From contig JAZANL010000025.1 of assembly GCA_036251765.1 (NCBI GenBank), positions 667-64,666 of the forward strand: a stretch of 64,000 nt of DNA. The letters are read 5' to 3'. The notes beneath the pieces were generated by a model. That model was not told where the DNA came from, ran no database searches, and was given only the letters and a program-made list of their open reading frames with translations. Below are positions 10,044-18,228 of this stretch, in pieces (the stretch's first letter is position 1; each line of letters starts with the position of its first letter). A program made the translations under genes and the position numbers. Origin of the DNA: Thermoplasmatota archaeon. GTDB taxonomy: Archaea; Thermoplasmatota; Poseidoniia; Poseidoniales; Thalassarchaeaceae.

Positions 10044-10916
10044 TCAGTGCGGCTCCGCAATTCCCTGAACCCAGACGATGAAAAGATGCGCCAATATGAG
10101 AACAGTAACAATTAGCGGTAATACGAAGACATGGAGGAAATACATCCGGACCACTGTCTGCCCTGTTAGGGTCGTCCCCCCGAACATCGCATTAGCGACC
10201 CACTCCCCAACAAGTGGTGTGGCCATTGCCATGTTTATGCCAATCGTAGCCGCACCGAAGGCTAGACTGTCCCATGGAAGTAGATAGCCTGAGTAACCGA
10301 AGAAAATGGAGAAGAACATCAGAGCGACCCCGATTAACCAGTTTAGCTCCCTGGGGTTCCTGTATGCCCCAGTGAAGTAAACTCGGCACATATGGAGGAA
10401 GACCGCAGCCACGAAGAAGTGTGTACCCCAGTGATGGATTGATCTGATGATGTATCCGAAAGGCAACTCCAACATGATGAACTCCATTGACGCATAGGCA
10501 GGGGTCGGATCAGAATTCAGATCCCCTCCCGGTACGTAGTAGAAGCCTAGAATTGTGCCTGTGATCACTAGGATGATGAAAGCGATGAAAGATATCCCGC
10601 CCAAGCAGTATAGGGGATACCAGTACCAGATTATCCTGAGTTTGTATTTCTCGGCATGAGTGAGCGGCATCTGCCTGTGCATGCTGTAGTAAGAGTCCCT
10701 GCTCATTCCCCAGTAATCCTGGATTCTGAATCTTGTGTCCAACCAGGAGAAGGCCCAGAGGAACAACTTCTCTGCGAGACCCATGCTTCCAGCATTCGTC
10801 TCCACTGCCCTAAGTATGTCCTTTCGAGGCATGTCGTCTCGCTCCCTCCTTAGGGTGAATGCGAAAATAACGACAACAACCGCGATGAAAATCCACAAGA
10901 ACCAGAATTGTATCAT
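10044..10916 (-). CDS. petB: Cytochrome b6-type N-terminal subunit of Rieske/cyt b complex
   Basis: LYCLGG, RSIHHW..FLHMCRV, ELNWLIG, GYSGYLLPWD, FLHVFVLP..LAH, QGIAEPH. Confidence 0.93.
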   Translation of the reverse strand: MIQFWFLWIFIAVVVVIFAFTLRRERDDMPRKDILRAVETNAGSMGLAEKLFLWAFSWLDTRFRIQDYWGMSRDSYYSMHRQMPLTHAEKYKLRIIWYWYPLYCLGGISFIAFIILVITGTILGFYYVPGGDLNSDPTPAYASMEFIMLELPFGYIIRSIHHWGTHFFVAAVFLHMCRVYFTGAYRNPRELNWLIGVALMFFSIFFGYSGYLLPWDSLAFGAATIGINMAMATPLVGEWVANAMFGGTTLTGQTVVRMYFLHVFVLPLIVTVLILAHLFIVWVQGIAEPH

Positions 10917-10924
10917 TTTTTCAC

Positions 10925-11773
10925 CTAACCGCAGAATGTGTACCAGTCCATGAAGTCTGGAAGGGCCTCTATGGTGCCCCCATTAACAGTGAACGGTATT
11001 AGGGGCATCCCATAAGGTGCAGGGCCACCGGTCTTCTTCACTCCGATGAAATCGAACTCTTGCCCATTTGATCTATTTCTGGCTGTGTTCTTTTCTATCA
11101 CCGTGTGGTCGTACCTACTAGAGTGGCAAATGCAGAACGACTTGTTTCCACTTGAATCGGTTCCGCCGGGCAACCAGCTATCGGCCGTGAAGTCATTGTT
11201 GACTAATTGCCAGCCTGGTATGCAACACAGGTGGGGGCATCTAGCAAAAACGATAATCATGTTATTGTGGATATTAAGTGACGCATATTCCTCCTTTTCC
11301 TCAATCTCGAAACCGGATCCGACATAAGCCCCTCCGGCAGTGTAACCATCCATTAGCTGGAACCGGGGAGTGTCTGCTTCCAATGGTTTGTTCTTGTTCT
11401 CCTCGTGAGGGACATAGGTTGCGATAATCGGCAATCCAGACCATAGGCCGGCAGCCCCTACCATTCCTGTTGTTGAATTTGCGGATTCGTCGATGAACGC
11501 TTGCATGGTCATGGGTTGCTTGTCCATGTTACCATACCAAACATCGGATCCTTTTGGGACATAGAATTTGATCGATGAGTCAGAGCCACCGCCTTCAGCC
11601 TGCCCCATTAGGAATGAGGCAAAACCCACGCCACCCAGTGCGGCTGTTGTAATTAGTCCAGCAGCGGTATTGAATGACAGCCTCATGAACTCCCTCCTGT
11701 CGATGACCCCACTCTTCTCGTGGTGACTCACATTTTGTGTTTCGATCGGACGTAATTTGAACTTCCTCGCCAT
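10925..11773 (-). CDS. petC: Rieske [2Fe-2S] protein with Tat anchor
   Basis: IDRREFM Tat motif plus TM; CPHLCC and CICHSSRY boxes; GGPAP. Confidence 0.88.
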   Translation of the reverse strand: MARKFKLRPIETQNVSHHEKSGVIDRREFMRLSFNTAAGLITTAALGGVGFASFLMGQAEGGGSDSSIKFYVPKGSDVWYGNMDKQPMTMQAFIDESANSTTGMVGAAGLWSGLPIIATYVPHEENKNKPLEADTPRFQLMDGYTAGGAYVGSGFEIEEKEEYASLNIHNNMIIVFARCPHLCCIPGWQLVNNDFTADSWLPGGTDSSGNKSFCICHSSRYDHTVIEKNTARNRSNGQEFDFIGVKKTGGPAPYGMPLIPFTVNGGTIEALPDFMDWYTFCG

Positions 11774-11775
11774 GG

Positions 11776-12225
11776 TCAGACCTCGTATTTCTTCCAAGAA
11801 TTAGTGTCATGGCTAGTGATGTACTTGTTCCTTCTGTGTTTAACAATCACCACATCCGGAAGTACGTACTTCAAGTACACTATCCCCATGATAATCAGGG
11901 TAAGTAGAGTCATTGCCAGATTGAATGAAAGTAACTGCTGGTCCCAATTGTTGTACAAACCGTAAGCCAGTGCGCCAGCCCAATAGAGTGTCCACATTAG
12001 TCCCCATAGGCCGACTAGGATGATTAGCCAAGAGTCACCAGAAGGTGCCAGACTGGCTCTTACTATGGTGCCCGGCTTGACCTCGTTGAAGACACCGTGA
12101 TCAACCGCCGCTGCGAAGGACTCCTCCGTCAGCGTGGCCTCTTCAAGAGCCACTCTGGCGTCCTCGACGCTAACTTCTCCCGACTTAACTTGTCGAAGTA
12201 GCCTCATCACCACATCGTCTTTCAT
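11776..12225 (-). CDS. 2-TM membrane protein, probable accessory subunit
   Basis: Two TM helices; overlaps the upstream gene and ends 2 nt before the Rieske start. Confidence 0.75.
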   Translation of the reverse strand: MKDDVVMRLLRQVKSGEVSVEDARVALEEATLTEESFAAAVDHGVFNEVKPGTIVRASLAPSGDSWLIILVGLWGLMWTLYWAGALAYGLYNNWDQQLLSFNLAMTLLTLIIMGIVYLKYVLPDVVIVKHRRNKYITSHDTNSWKKYEV

Positions 12226-13025
12226 AGTTGATCGCCTCTCCTTAGATGCTTTATTCTTAGCCTCAGTAGATTACTTCTCCCTTCGTAATGCCTGGAGAAA
12301 CCGTATCTCAGGAAAAGCCCACAGAATAGGATTACCAGCATCACGGCCCCAAATCCAAGAAGCCCAAGCCAGTGGGCCAAGAGTTTGGCACCCATGTGAT
12401 GGAGATCAGTGTGACTCTCAACCGGTGCCGGAGGGGTGATGTCCCCATTTCCAGAGAAAACCGTCCTAGTTCTTCCGTTGTCCTCACCTTCGTCGAAGCT
12501 AGTAGTTAGGCGATTCCATCTATCTAGGCTTGATGGCGCCATGTCCCCATTTACCGAATTTCCAGCGACCATGAAGTCTACAGTCCCAGAACCCTCCGCG
12601 GGGCTCACCCACCGGAACAACCATGATCTGTCAGAGGTCCTTGAACCGGCATCTGTGTGAGTAAGTGTGGTCGGGTCATCTTCCCAGTTCTGGACAAGAC
12701 CTTCTGATCCTTCCGAAGGCTCTAGTGAACCAACACTAACTTTCATCGAGAAACCTCCCGTGTAGGACTCAAGATCGGCCTCAGGTCCGCCGATGAGTTG
12801 TAACTTCATCTCATATGCTGTTTCTGGGGCATAATGGAAAGGAACCCCGTCAAGAATCACGGTAACCGAATTGTCCGGCTCCTCAGCATGGCATGTGCAT
12901 CCTGCAAGGGCGACATCGCCCTGTCCATTTGCATTACCCCCCACTCCTGTGTGCAAAGCCTGGCCAGAACCCGCAACAAAAACAGTCACCAAAATAAGTA
13001 CGATTGTTTTCTGTCGCGATGCCAT
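12222..13025 (-). CDS. Exported, C-terminally anchored Reeler/choice-of-anchor-V-like protein with CxCH motif
   Basis: Signal peptide, AGCTCH, SWLFRWVSP..GTVDFMVAGNSVNGD, C-terminal TM and basic tail. Confidence 0.7.
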   Translation of the reverse strand: MASRQKTIVLILVTVFVAGSGQALHTGVGGNANGQGDVALAGCTCHAEEPDNSVTVILDGVPFHYAPETAYEMKLQLIGGPEADLESYTGGFSMKVSVGSLEPSEGSEGLVQNWEDDPTTLTHTDAGSRTSDRSWLFRWVSPAEGSGTVDFMVAGNSVNGDMAPSSLDRWNRLTTSFDEGEDNGRTRTVFSGNGDITPPAPVESHTDLHHMGAKLLAHWLGLLGFGAVMLVILFCGLFLRYGFSRHYEGRSNLLRLRIKHLRRGDQL

Positions 13026-13158
13026 CTTACTTCACCTAGCATCTGCTAATGCCGCTTCCAAAAAAAAGGGGGATATTAACGTTCCACCCCGGCCCCTACG
13101 GGGCCGAACAAAATTGTCGCTAGAAAAGAACCAAACACCCCTGTTAGGGACGAGTATT

Positions 13159-13464
13159 ATGGGAGCCCCGCGGTGGAAGAACATTTACGATCTCACTCCC
13201 GACCAAATAGAAAAATTGGAGGAAGCCGAGGACAAAATGGAATCCATGGAGATAAACGAATCCGAGAGGATTCTATTGGCTCTTCTGGAGGATGACGAGA
13301 ATTGCATTCCCGTTTTGAATATCCTAGGGCACCTACATGGCCGGTACCTTTCTGATTTTGAAGCATCGATCGAGTACTACGACAGAGTTCTGGAACTTGA
13401 GCCTGATAACGCCTGGGCAAGAGACGAAAGGAGGAGATACAGGCGTTATGTTACATATGATTAG
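13159..13464 (+). CDS. Small TPR protein
   Basis: VLNILGHLHG..ASIEYYDRVLELEPDN; real start likely ATG 13159. Confidence 0.8.
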   Translation: MGAPRWKNIYDLTPDQIEKLEEAEDKMESMEINESERILLALLEDDENCIPVLNILGHLHGRYLSDFEASIEYYDRVLELEPDNAWARDERRRYRRYVTYD

Positions 13465-13499
13465 AACAGAATAATCTAGTCAGTCGCACGCGGGGCCTC

Positions 13500-14405
13500 A
13501 TGGAGCAAGGCTCTATTCTGATAGTAGGGGTTGGCGGGATAGGTTGCCAGTGGTCCGGAGGGGCCCACGATAAATGCCAAGAGCTAGCAGATCTGCTAAT
13601 GATAGATGCCGATGAATCCTCATTTTCTTCCGAACACGAGGCCCATTGCCTGCACTTAGACGCCAGCGGTAGTGCGAGAGGCGCAGCGGCACTGCCAAAC
13701 CTTGCTGCTCACCGCCTCAACGAGGGCATCGGAAACATCTCCGCGCTATTGGAGAAATCAGAATTAGTAATATTGTTGGCGGCATTAGGCGGTGGGACCG
13801 GTTCGGGGGCAACTGCAGAGATTGCAGCAAAATCACGTGAGTCCGGTAGTTTGGTGATCAGCATAGTTGGAGTGCCATTCGCAGAGCAACCACTAAGATG
13901 CGCAATAGCAGAGAAAGCGCTCCCCGCAATTGAGAGAAATTCAGATTTATGCATTCGAGTGAGTCTCGAGAGGCTCGCTTGGCAGGCCAGGCACCGGGAC
14001 TCGGATTGGAAGCTAGGATCGGAATGGATTGGCGAGCTGATCGAGGGACTCGTGACGACTCTGGCAAGAGTCGGTAAGATGAACCTCGATTTGATGGACC
14101 TGCGGACAGTCGTTGGTAGGCCAGGAAATGCTACTCTAATCGTTGGAAACGGTACTACGGACGATCCTGATGGGGTTGTTAGGATGGCGAGAAACTCCCC
14201 CCTGTCTGAGATTGCTGTAGACGGCGCAAAGGGTTGCCTAATCCAAGTGGAGGGGGGACCAGACATGACTCTCGGCCACCTAAATAGGGTCTCTGAGGCA
14301 TTCGTCTCCACTCTAGATTATGACTGTCAGGTAATACTAGGCGCTAGAGCTAGTGAAGATATGGCAGGACGGCTTCGTCTTGTTGCTGTAGTTAGTGGCC
14401 TCTAG
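13500..14405 (+). CDS. Divergent FtsZ/tubulin-family GTPase
   Basis: GVGGIG, LGGGTGSG signature, NLDLMDL T7-like loop, VILGAR..LRLVAVVSGL. Confidence 0.85.
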   Translation: MEQGSILIVGVGGIGCQWSGGAHDKCQELADLLMIDADESSFSSEHEAHCLHLDASGSARGAAALPNLAAHRLNEGIGNISALLEKSELVILLAALGGGTGSGATAEIAAKSRESGSLVISIVGVPFAEQPLRCAIAEKALPAIERNSDLCIRVSLERLAWQARHRDSDWKLGSEWIGELIEGLVTTLARVGKMNLDLMDLRTVVGRPGNATLIVGNGTTDDPDGVVRMARNSPLSEIAVDGAKGCLIQVEGGPDMTLGHLNRVSEAFVSTLDYDCQVILGARASEDMAGRLRLVAVVSGL

Positions 14406-15652
14406 TCCAGCAATTCGACTACTTCATCTTCCACGTTTGTCTGCGAATGAGTTAAATTTTCTACCATCGGCATTTGCTTCGTTTCACCCGCTAATTCTTC
14501 CGGCGTGGATTGATCCACATCTAATACAACCTCACTTTCCGGCCTCCCAGTCCAAGACAAACACATCGGCAAAATCCCCATCATCACCATTGCGGTAATT
14601 GCATGCCCAATTGCCGTTGTTGTAAGTAGACTACCTTCGGATAGTGCAGTTAGTGATGATATGCTGCCTGCATAAATGAATCCGAAACCAATTCCCCAGA
14701 AGACCGCTGATTGTCCTTGAAAGATCTTCCAACCGCCCTTTTCCCCTCTTTTTGCCATTGACCACACTGCTAGAATGATAGAAATTGACATCAATATGCC
14801 TTCTTCAATAAGCATACCTCCCGAACTCTTATCGGCCCAAATCGGGCTTCTTCTCCATGCACCTAGGAGATGCCAACAAGATGTTAGGAAAATGAAGAAA
14901 AATACCTTGTCTAAGGCAACTCCGTCAACCCCTTCCCTGCTTCTAACACTCTTGGTGTAACGATCCAATAATATGCCTAATAAAGCGATTATTAGTAAGA
15001 ATAAAATCCAGTAAATATTCTCAGTAAAACCCGAGTTCCTAGGATCTTCCGCTCCGTATCCAAACCACCAAACCAAGGGAATGAGAACAATAACTGTCAC
15101 CATTGACATACCGAATGAAAAAATCCCCCCAGCTCTACTCTTTCGAGGTGATTGCTGAGCCTTCCTTGAATACACAACCCAACCATAGGCCAGCGAAACC
15201 CCCTGGAAGACAGACATGGCGATGAACATCAGTGCCAGAAATATTCTAGCATTGCCCAACTGCTCGTTACCTAAAACTAAGTTTGAGAGTAGCCAGATAG
15301 TTCCCGCAACTGTAATGATTGGAATTAGCCGGGAAAACCCTCCAAGCCAGTAATTCCGGTTTAGAACTCCATCATCGCTTTTTTGGACTGTAAAAATCCA
15401 TTTTCCCATTCTGCTCGGTGATAGCAATGCAGCAAAGATGTATGATACAGATAGAGAAAGAAAAATGATGCTTCCTTGCATCTCTGAACCAAATAAGTCC
15501 ACCTTCATTGCAATATAGAGAAAACCGGAAAATGCGCCCAATGATAGCAAGTGCGGGAGAGTCGATGGGCTCGAGAAAATTTTGAGCATATTTTCAGGTT
15601 CATGGTCGATTGCCATCCCCGCATCTCTCATATCCTTCCGTGAACCCACCAT
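14402..15652 (-). CDS. Multi-pass membrane protein, unknown function
   Basis: About 10 hydrophobic segments, acidic tail; start uncertain. Confidence 0.75.
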   Translation of the reverse strand: MVGSRKDMRDAGMAIDHEPENMLKIFSSPSTLPHLLSLGAFSGFLYIAMKVDLFGSEMQGSIIFLSLSVSYIFAALLSPSRMGKWIFTVQKSDDGVLNRNYWLGGFSRLIPIITVAGTIWLLSNLVLGNEQLGNARIFLALMFIAMSVFQGVSLAYGWVVYSRKAQQSPRKSRAGGIFSFGMSMVTVIVLIPLVWWFGYGAEDPRNSGFTENIYWILFLLIIALLGILLDRYTKSVRSREGVDGVALDKVFFFIFLTSCWHLLGAWRRSPIWADKSSGGMLIEEGILMSISIILAVWSMAKRGEKGGWKIFQGQSAVFWGIGFGFIYAGSISSLTALSEGSLLTTTAIGHAITAMVMMGILPMCLSWTGRPESEVVLDVDQSTPEELAGETKQMPMVENLTHSQTNVEDEVVELLD

Positions 15653-15680
15653 TGGTTAAGGTAAACCCCTTCGGAGTGGT

Positions 15681-15998
15681 ATGCCGAAGCCGAAAAAGGC
15701 TGCGAGGGGAAAACACCGATGGATTGGATTCCAGATCGAGAATACTCATTCGAGGGCTGAGCTGAAACGCTCATTGAAAGACGAATTGGACGGTTTTGAA
15801 TGGCGTTTGTTCGATATCTTGGAAGCGGGTGAAAAAACCCTGGCTATTGTTAAAACTCCTCTTGGAAACTTCAAACAAGTTATCTCACAAATTAATAATT
15901 CAGGGTCAATGCAAACTCTAACCAGTTCTGGCAAGATCAGATTGGTCAGAAAACGTCTAGAATCAATGATTGGGGAGTATCCAAAAGATGCCATCTAA
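15681..15998 (+). CDS. rnp2: RNase P protein Pop5/Rpp14 family
   Basis: RGKHRWIGF N-terminus and TLTSSGKIRLVRK C-terminus match the Pop5 pattern. Confidence 0.65.
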   Translation: MPKPKKAARGKHRWIGFQIENTHSRAELKRSLKDELDGFEWRLFDILEAGEKTLAIVKTPLGNFKQVISQINNSGSMQTLTSSGKIRLVRKRLESMIGEYPKDAI

Positions 15999-17306
15999 GT
16001 CCTCAAAAACGGCCCTTTCCTCTATTCCAACCAATTCCAACTCACCAGACTTATTCATTCCAGTAGGCCTATACATCTCTCCATCAAGGGTTGTCAGAAC
16101 GCCTCTCGAGAGGAATCTGGAAAGTGCTTTCCACGAGGATTGTGAGAGTTTAGCAGAATCCGTAGCTGCAATCATTTTCTTGTTCTCGAAGGTTGAGGAT
16201 ATTGCTCTGTCGACTCTATGAAAAATCTCCAAAAAATCAAGTCCACCAATCGTTTCTTCCCATCCAGAGGCTACAACTCCGCCTTCAGCAAAACCACTCC
16301 TGTTGGCACCAACCCCCACTCTGATGGAGTTATTGTTGGACGATTCAACAAGAACACCCCCGATCTTCACTCCATTTTCATCGACTATGTCATTCGGCCA
16401 TTTCATATCCGCACCCAATACTTCAGAAACGATCGCACCTATGCTAGTCTGAATAAGGCCTGGCGGGATTTTTTCGAGCAATTCAACTTCAAGGGACCAT
16501 GTCGCAAACAACCCCCCCTCCTCGGAAACCCAATCTGAGCCCCTCCTTCCCCTGCCTTTGGTCTGCTTCTTTGATAGGATTCTCTGCCACCCCCCTAGCG
16601 GCAGACTCTCAGCCTCGTCCATGGTCGAGGTGCACGAATCAAGAATTGTCGGAGCCTTTCCAGAACCGGTGCGCCAGAAACCGATAACTTCCAACTTCTC
16701 GTCTCCAAACCTTTCCATCCTCAGTGTTCGCGAAGACCATCCATTTTGCTCCCAGTCGAGAACTCTGCTGCTTCCCACTGGGTCCGTCCTCATCACCAAT
16801 ATTGCCATTATATTTTCAGGCAAATCGCTTCTAGAATTTTCCAATGATTTCAGCAGGACTCCCCCCCATCCGCCCTTCGGAATATCGGCCAACGCCGCCT
16901 CTTCGATCTTCTCTAGTACTCCGAAGTTTTCTTCGTCCTCTTCTAGGTAGGGGAGATTCCAAACAACCAACTCAGTATCTTCGGGGATAGGAAAATCACT
17001 CTCAAAATCTGCTTCGATAATACTGGCCCTATCCGATAGGCCATTCGCCTCTAGGTTCCCCCTAGTACAGGCTACAGCGAATGGATTCACATCGCAAGCG
17101 GTTACTTCCCACCCTAATGCCGAGAGAACCATTGTAACCAGGCCGGACCCGCATCCTATTTCCATGGCCTTGGAATCCGATTTTGCCGATAGTTTGGATA
17201 AGACATCACAAAGCATCAACGTGTCTTCTTTGGGGGGGTAAACGGTAGGTGGCACAATTACATCCCACTCCCCAACGCCTTCAATGCGAACTCTACGATC
17301 TTGCAT
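15963..17306 (-). CDS. Fusion of HemK2/PrmC-like methyltransferase and biotin-protein ligase
   Basis: VYPPKEDT, EIGCGSG, WNLPY; then QTKGRGRRGSDW, KWPNDI, KIGGVLVE; start placed at MQDRR. Confidence 0.85.
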   Translation of the reverse strand: MQDRRVRIEGVGEWDVIVPPTVYPPKEDTLMLCDVLSKLSAKSDSKAMEIGCGSGLVTMVLSALGWEVTACDVNPFAVACTRGNLEANGLSDRASIIEADFESDFPIPEDTELVVWNLPYLEEDEENFGVLEKIEEAALADIPKGGWGGVLLKSLENSRSDLPENIMAILVMRTDPVGSSRVLDWEQNGWSSRTLRMERFGDEKLEVIGFWRTGSGKAPTILDSCTSTMDEAESLPLGGWQRILSKKQTKGRGRRGSDWVSEEGGLFATWSLEVELLEKIPPGLIQTSIGAIVSEVLGADMKWPNDIVDENGVKIGGVLVESSNNNSIRVGVGANRSGFAEGGVVASGWEETIGGLDFLEIFHRVDRAISSTFENKKMIAATDSAKLSQSSWKALSRFLSRGVLTTLDGEMYRPTGMNKSGELELVGIEERAVFEDLDGIFWILPNH

Positions 17307-17502
17307 TGTATTTTTCACTCGTATTCGGGACAAAATTGTTCTGCCCGCGACCATTTCTATCTCAACAACATTTATGTCGCCGACCAACGAAGGATGGATA
17401 GTACCGGCATCCTCCGGTACCTCTCGCAGATTTGCGAGAGCGTTGCTGTGCGCAAGCCTTTTGAACACCCCTAGGGTCGGAGGATAGCCCAGCATCAGCC
17501 AT

Positions 17503-17576
17503 GGGCCTGTAGCTTAGTCAGGTAGAGCGCCGGGCTTTTAACCCGGTGGCCGGGGGTTCGAATCCCCTCAGGCCCG
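17503..17576 (+). tRNA. tRNA-Lys(UUU)
   Basis: Acceptor GGGCCTG/CAGGCCC, anticodon arm CCGGG-CTTTTAA-CCCGG, T-loop GTTCGAATC; no intron; CCA not fully encoded. Confidence 0.96.
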
Positions 17577-17624
17577 CCTGATAGGACTGCAGGCTCACGG
17601 TTTTTCTGGGTCGGGGCGGCAAAC

Positions 17625-18212
17625 ATGGCAGTAAAGAGCTCAACAAAAAAGAGATTGATAGAGCTGGGAATTCCAGAGGATCACGCACACAAGTTGGCAG
17701 ACGACGCAAATCTGGATGCAATCAAGAGAATGTCGCGCGAGCAAGTAGCAAAGAAGGTCGACGTAGAGGAGGGCGCATCAGAGCTCGACCACATCATGAC
17801 CGTAATCAGTGAACATGTCGGATCCAGGAAGAGAAGCAAGAGCAATCGAATAACTATCTCTAGGAAGGCCCTATTGGACGAGGACATCCCTACAGGCGAC
17901 TACAGATTCAATGTCCTCAACCACTTCCTGGTTCCTCATCATGAACTGGTCCCGATAGAGTCGGAGGCGGAGGTTCTGGAACCATGGGGCCTAACCACAG
18001 ACGATGCATTTGGAACTGGAAGGCTGGCTAAGGAACTCTTGCCAAAGATTCTGATAACTGATCCTGCAATCCAGGTAATCAAGGAGATGGAGGAATCAGA
18101 GAATGATGAATTGCCAGCCGGCTGGCTCGCAAACAGGGTCGTCAAGATAGTTCGTTACAGCCGTTCAGCTGGAAATTCTGTGGCCTTTCGCTTAATTGTG
18201 GAAAGTGCATAA
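17625..18212 (+). CDS. rpoH: RNA polymerase subunit Rpo5 (H) with ~90 aa N-terminal extension
   Basis: FNVLNHFLVPHHELV, LPKILITDPAI, VVKIVRYSRSAG..FRLIV; first gene of the rpo operon. Confidence 0.9.
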   Translation: MAVKSSTKKRLIELGIPEDHAHKLADDANLDAIKRMSREQVAKKVDVEEGASELDHIMTVISEHVGSRKRSKSNRITISRKALLDEDIPTGDYRFNVLNHFLVPHHELVPIESEAEVLEPWGLTTDDAFGTGRLAKELLPKILITDPAIQVIKEMEESENDELPAGWLANRVVKIVRYSRSAGNSVAFRLIVESA

Positions 18213-18228
18213 TTTTGGAGGTGTAAAT

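Noticed and set aside
17307..17495. N-terminal 62 codons of the 510-aa ORF
   Set aside because: Run up to the tRNA promoter and through the hairpin cluster; family similarity begins only after MQDRR
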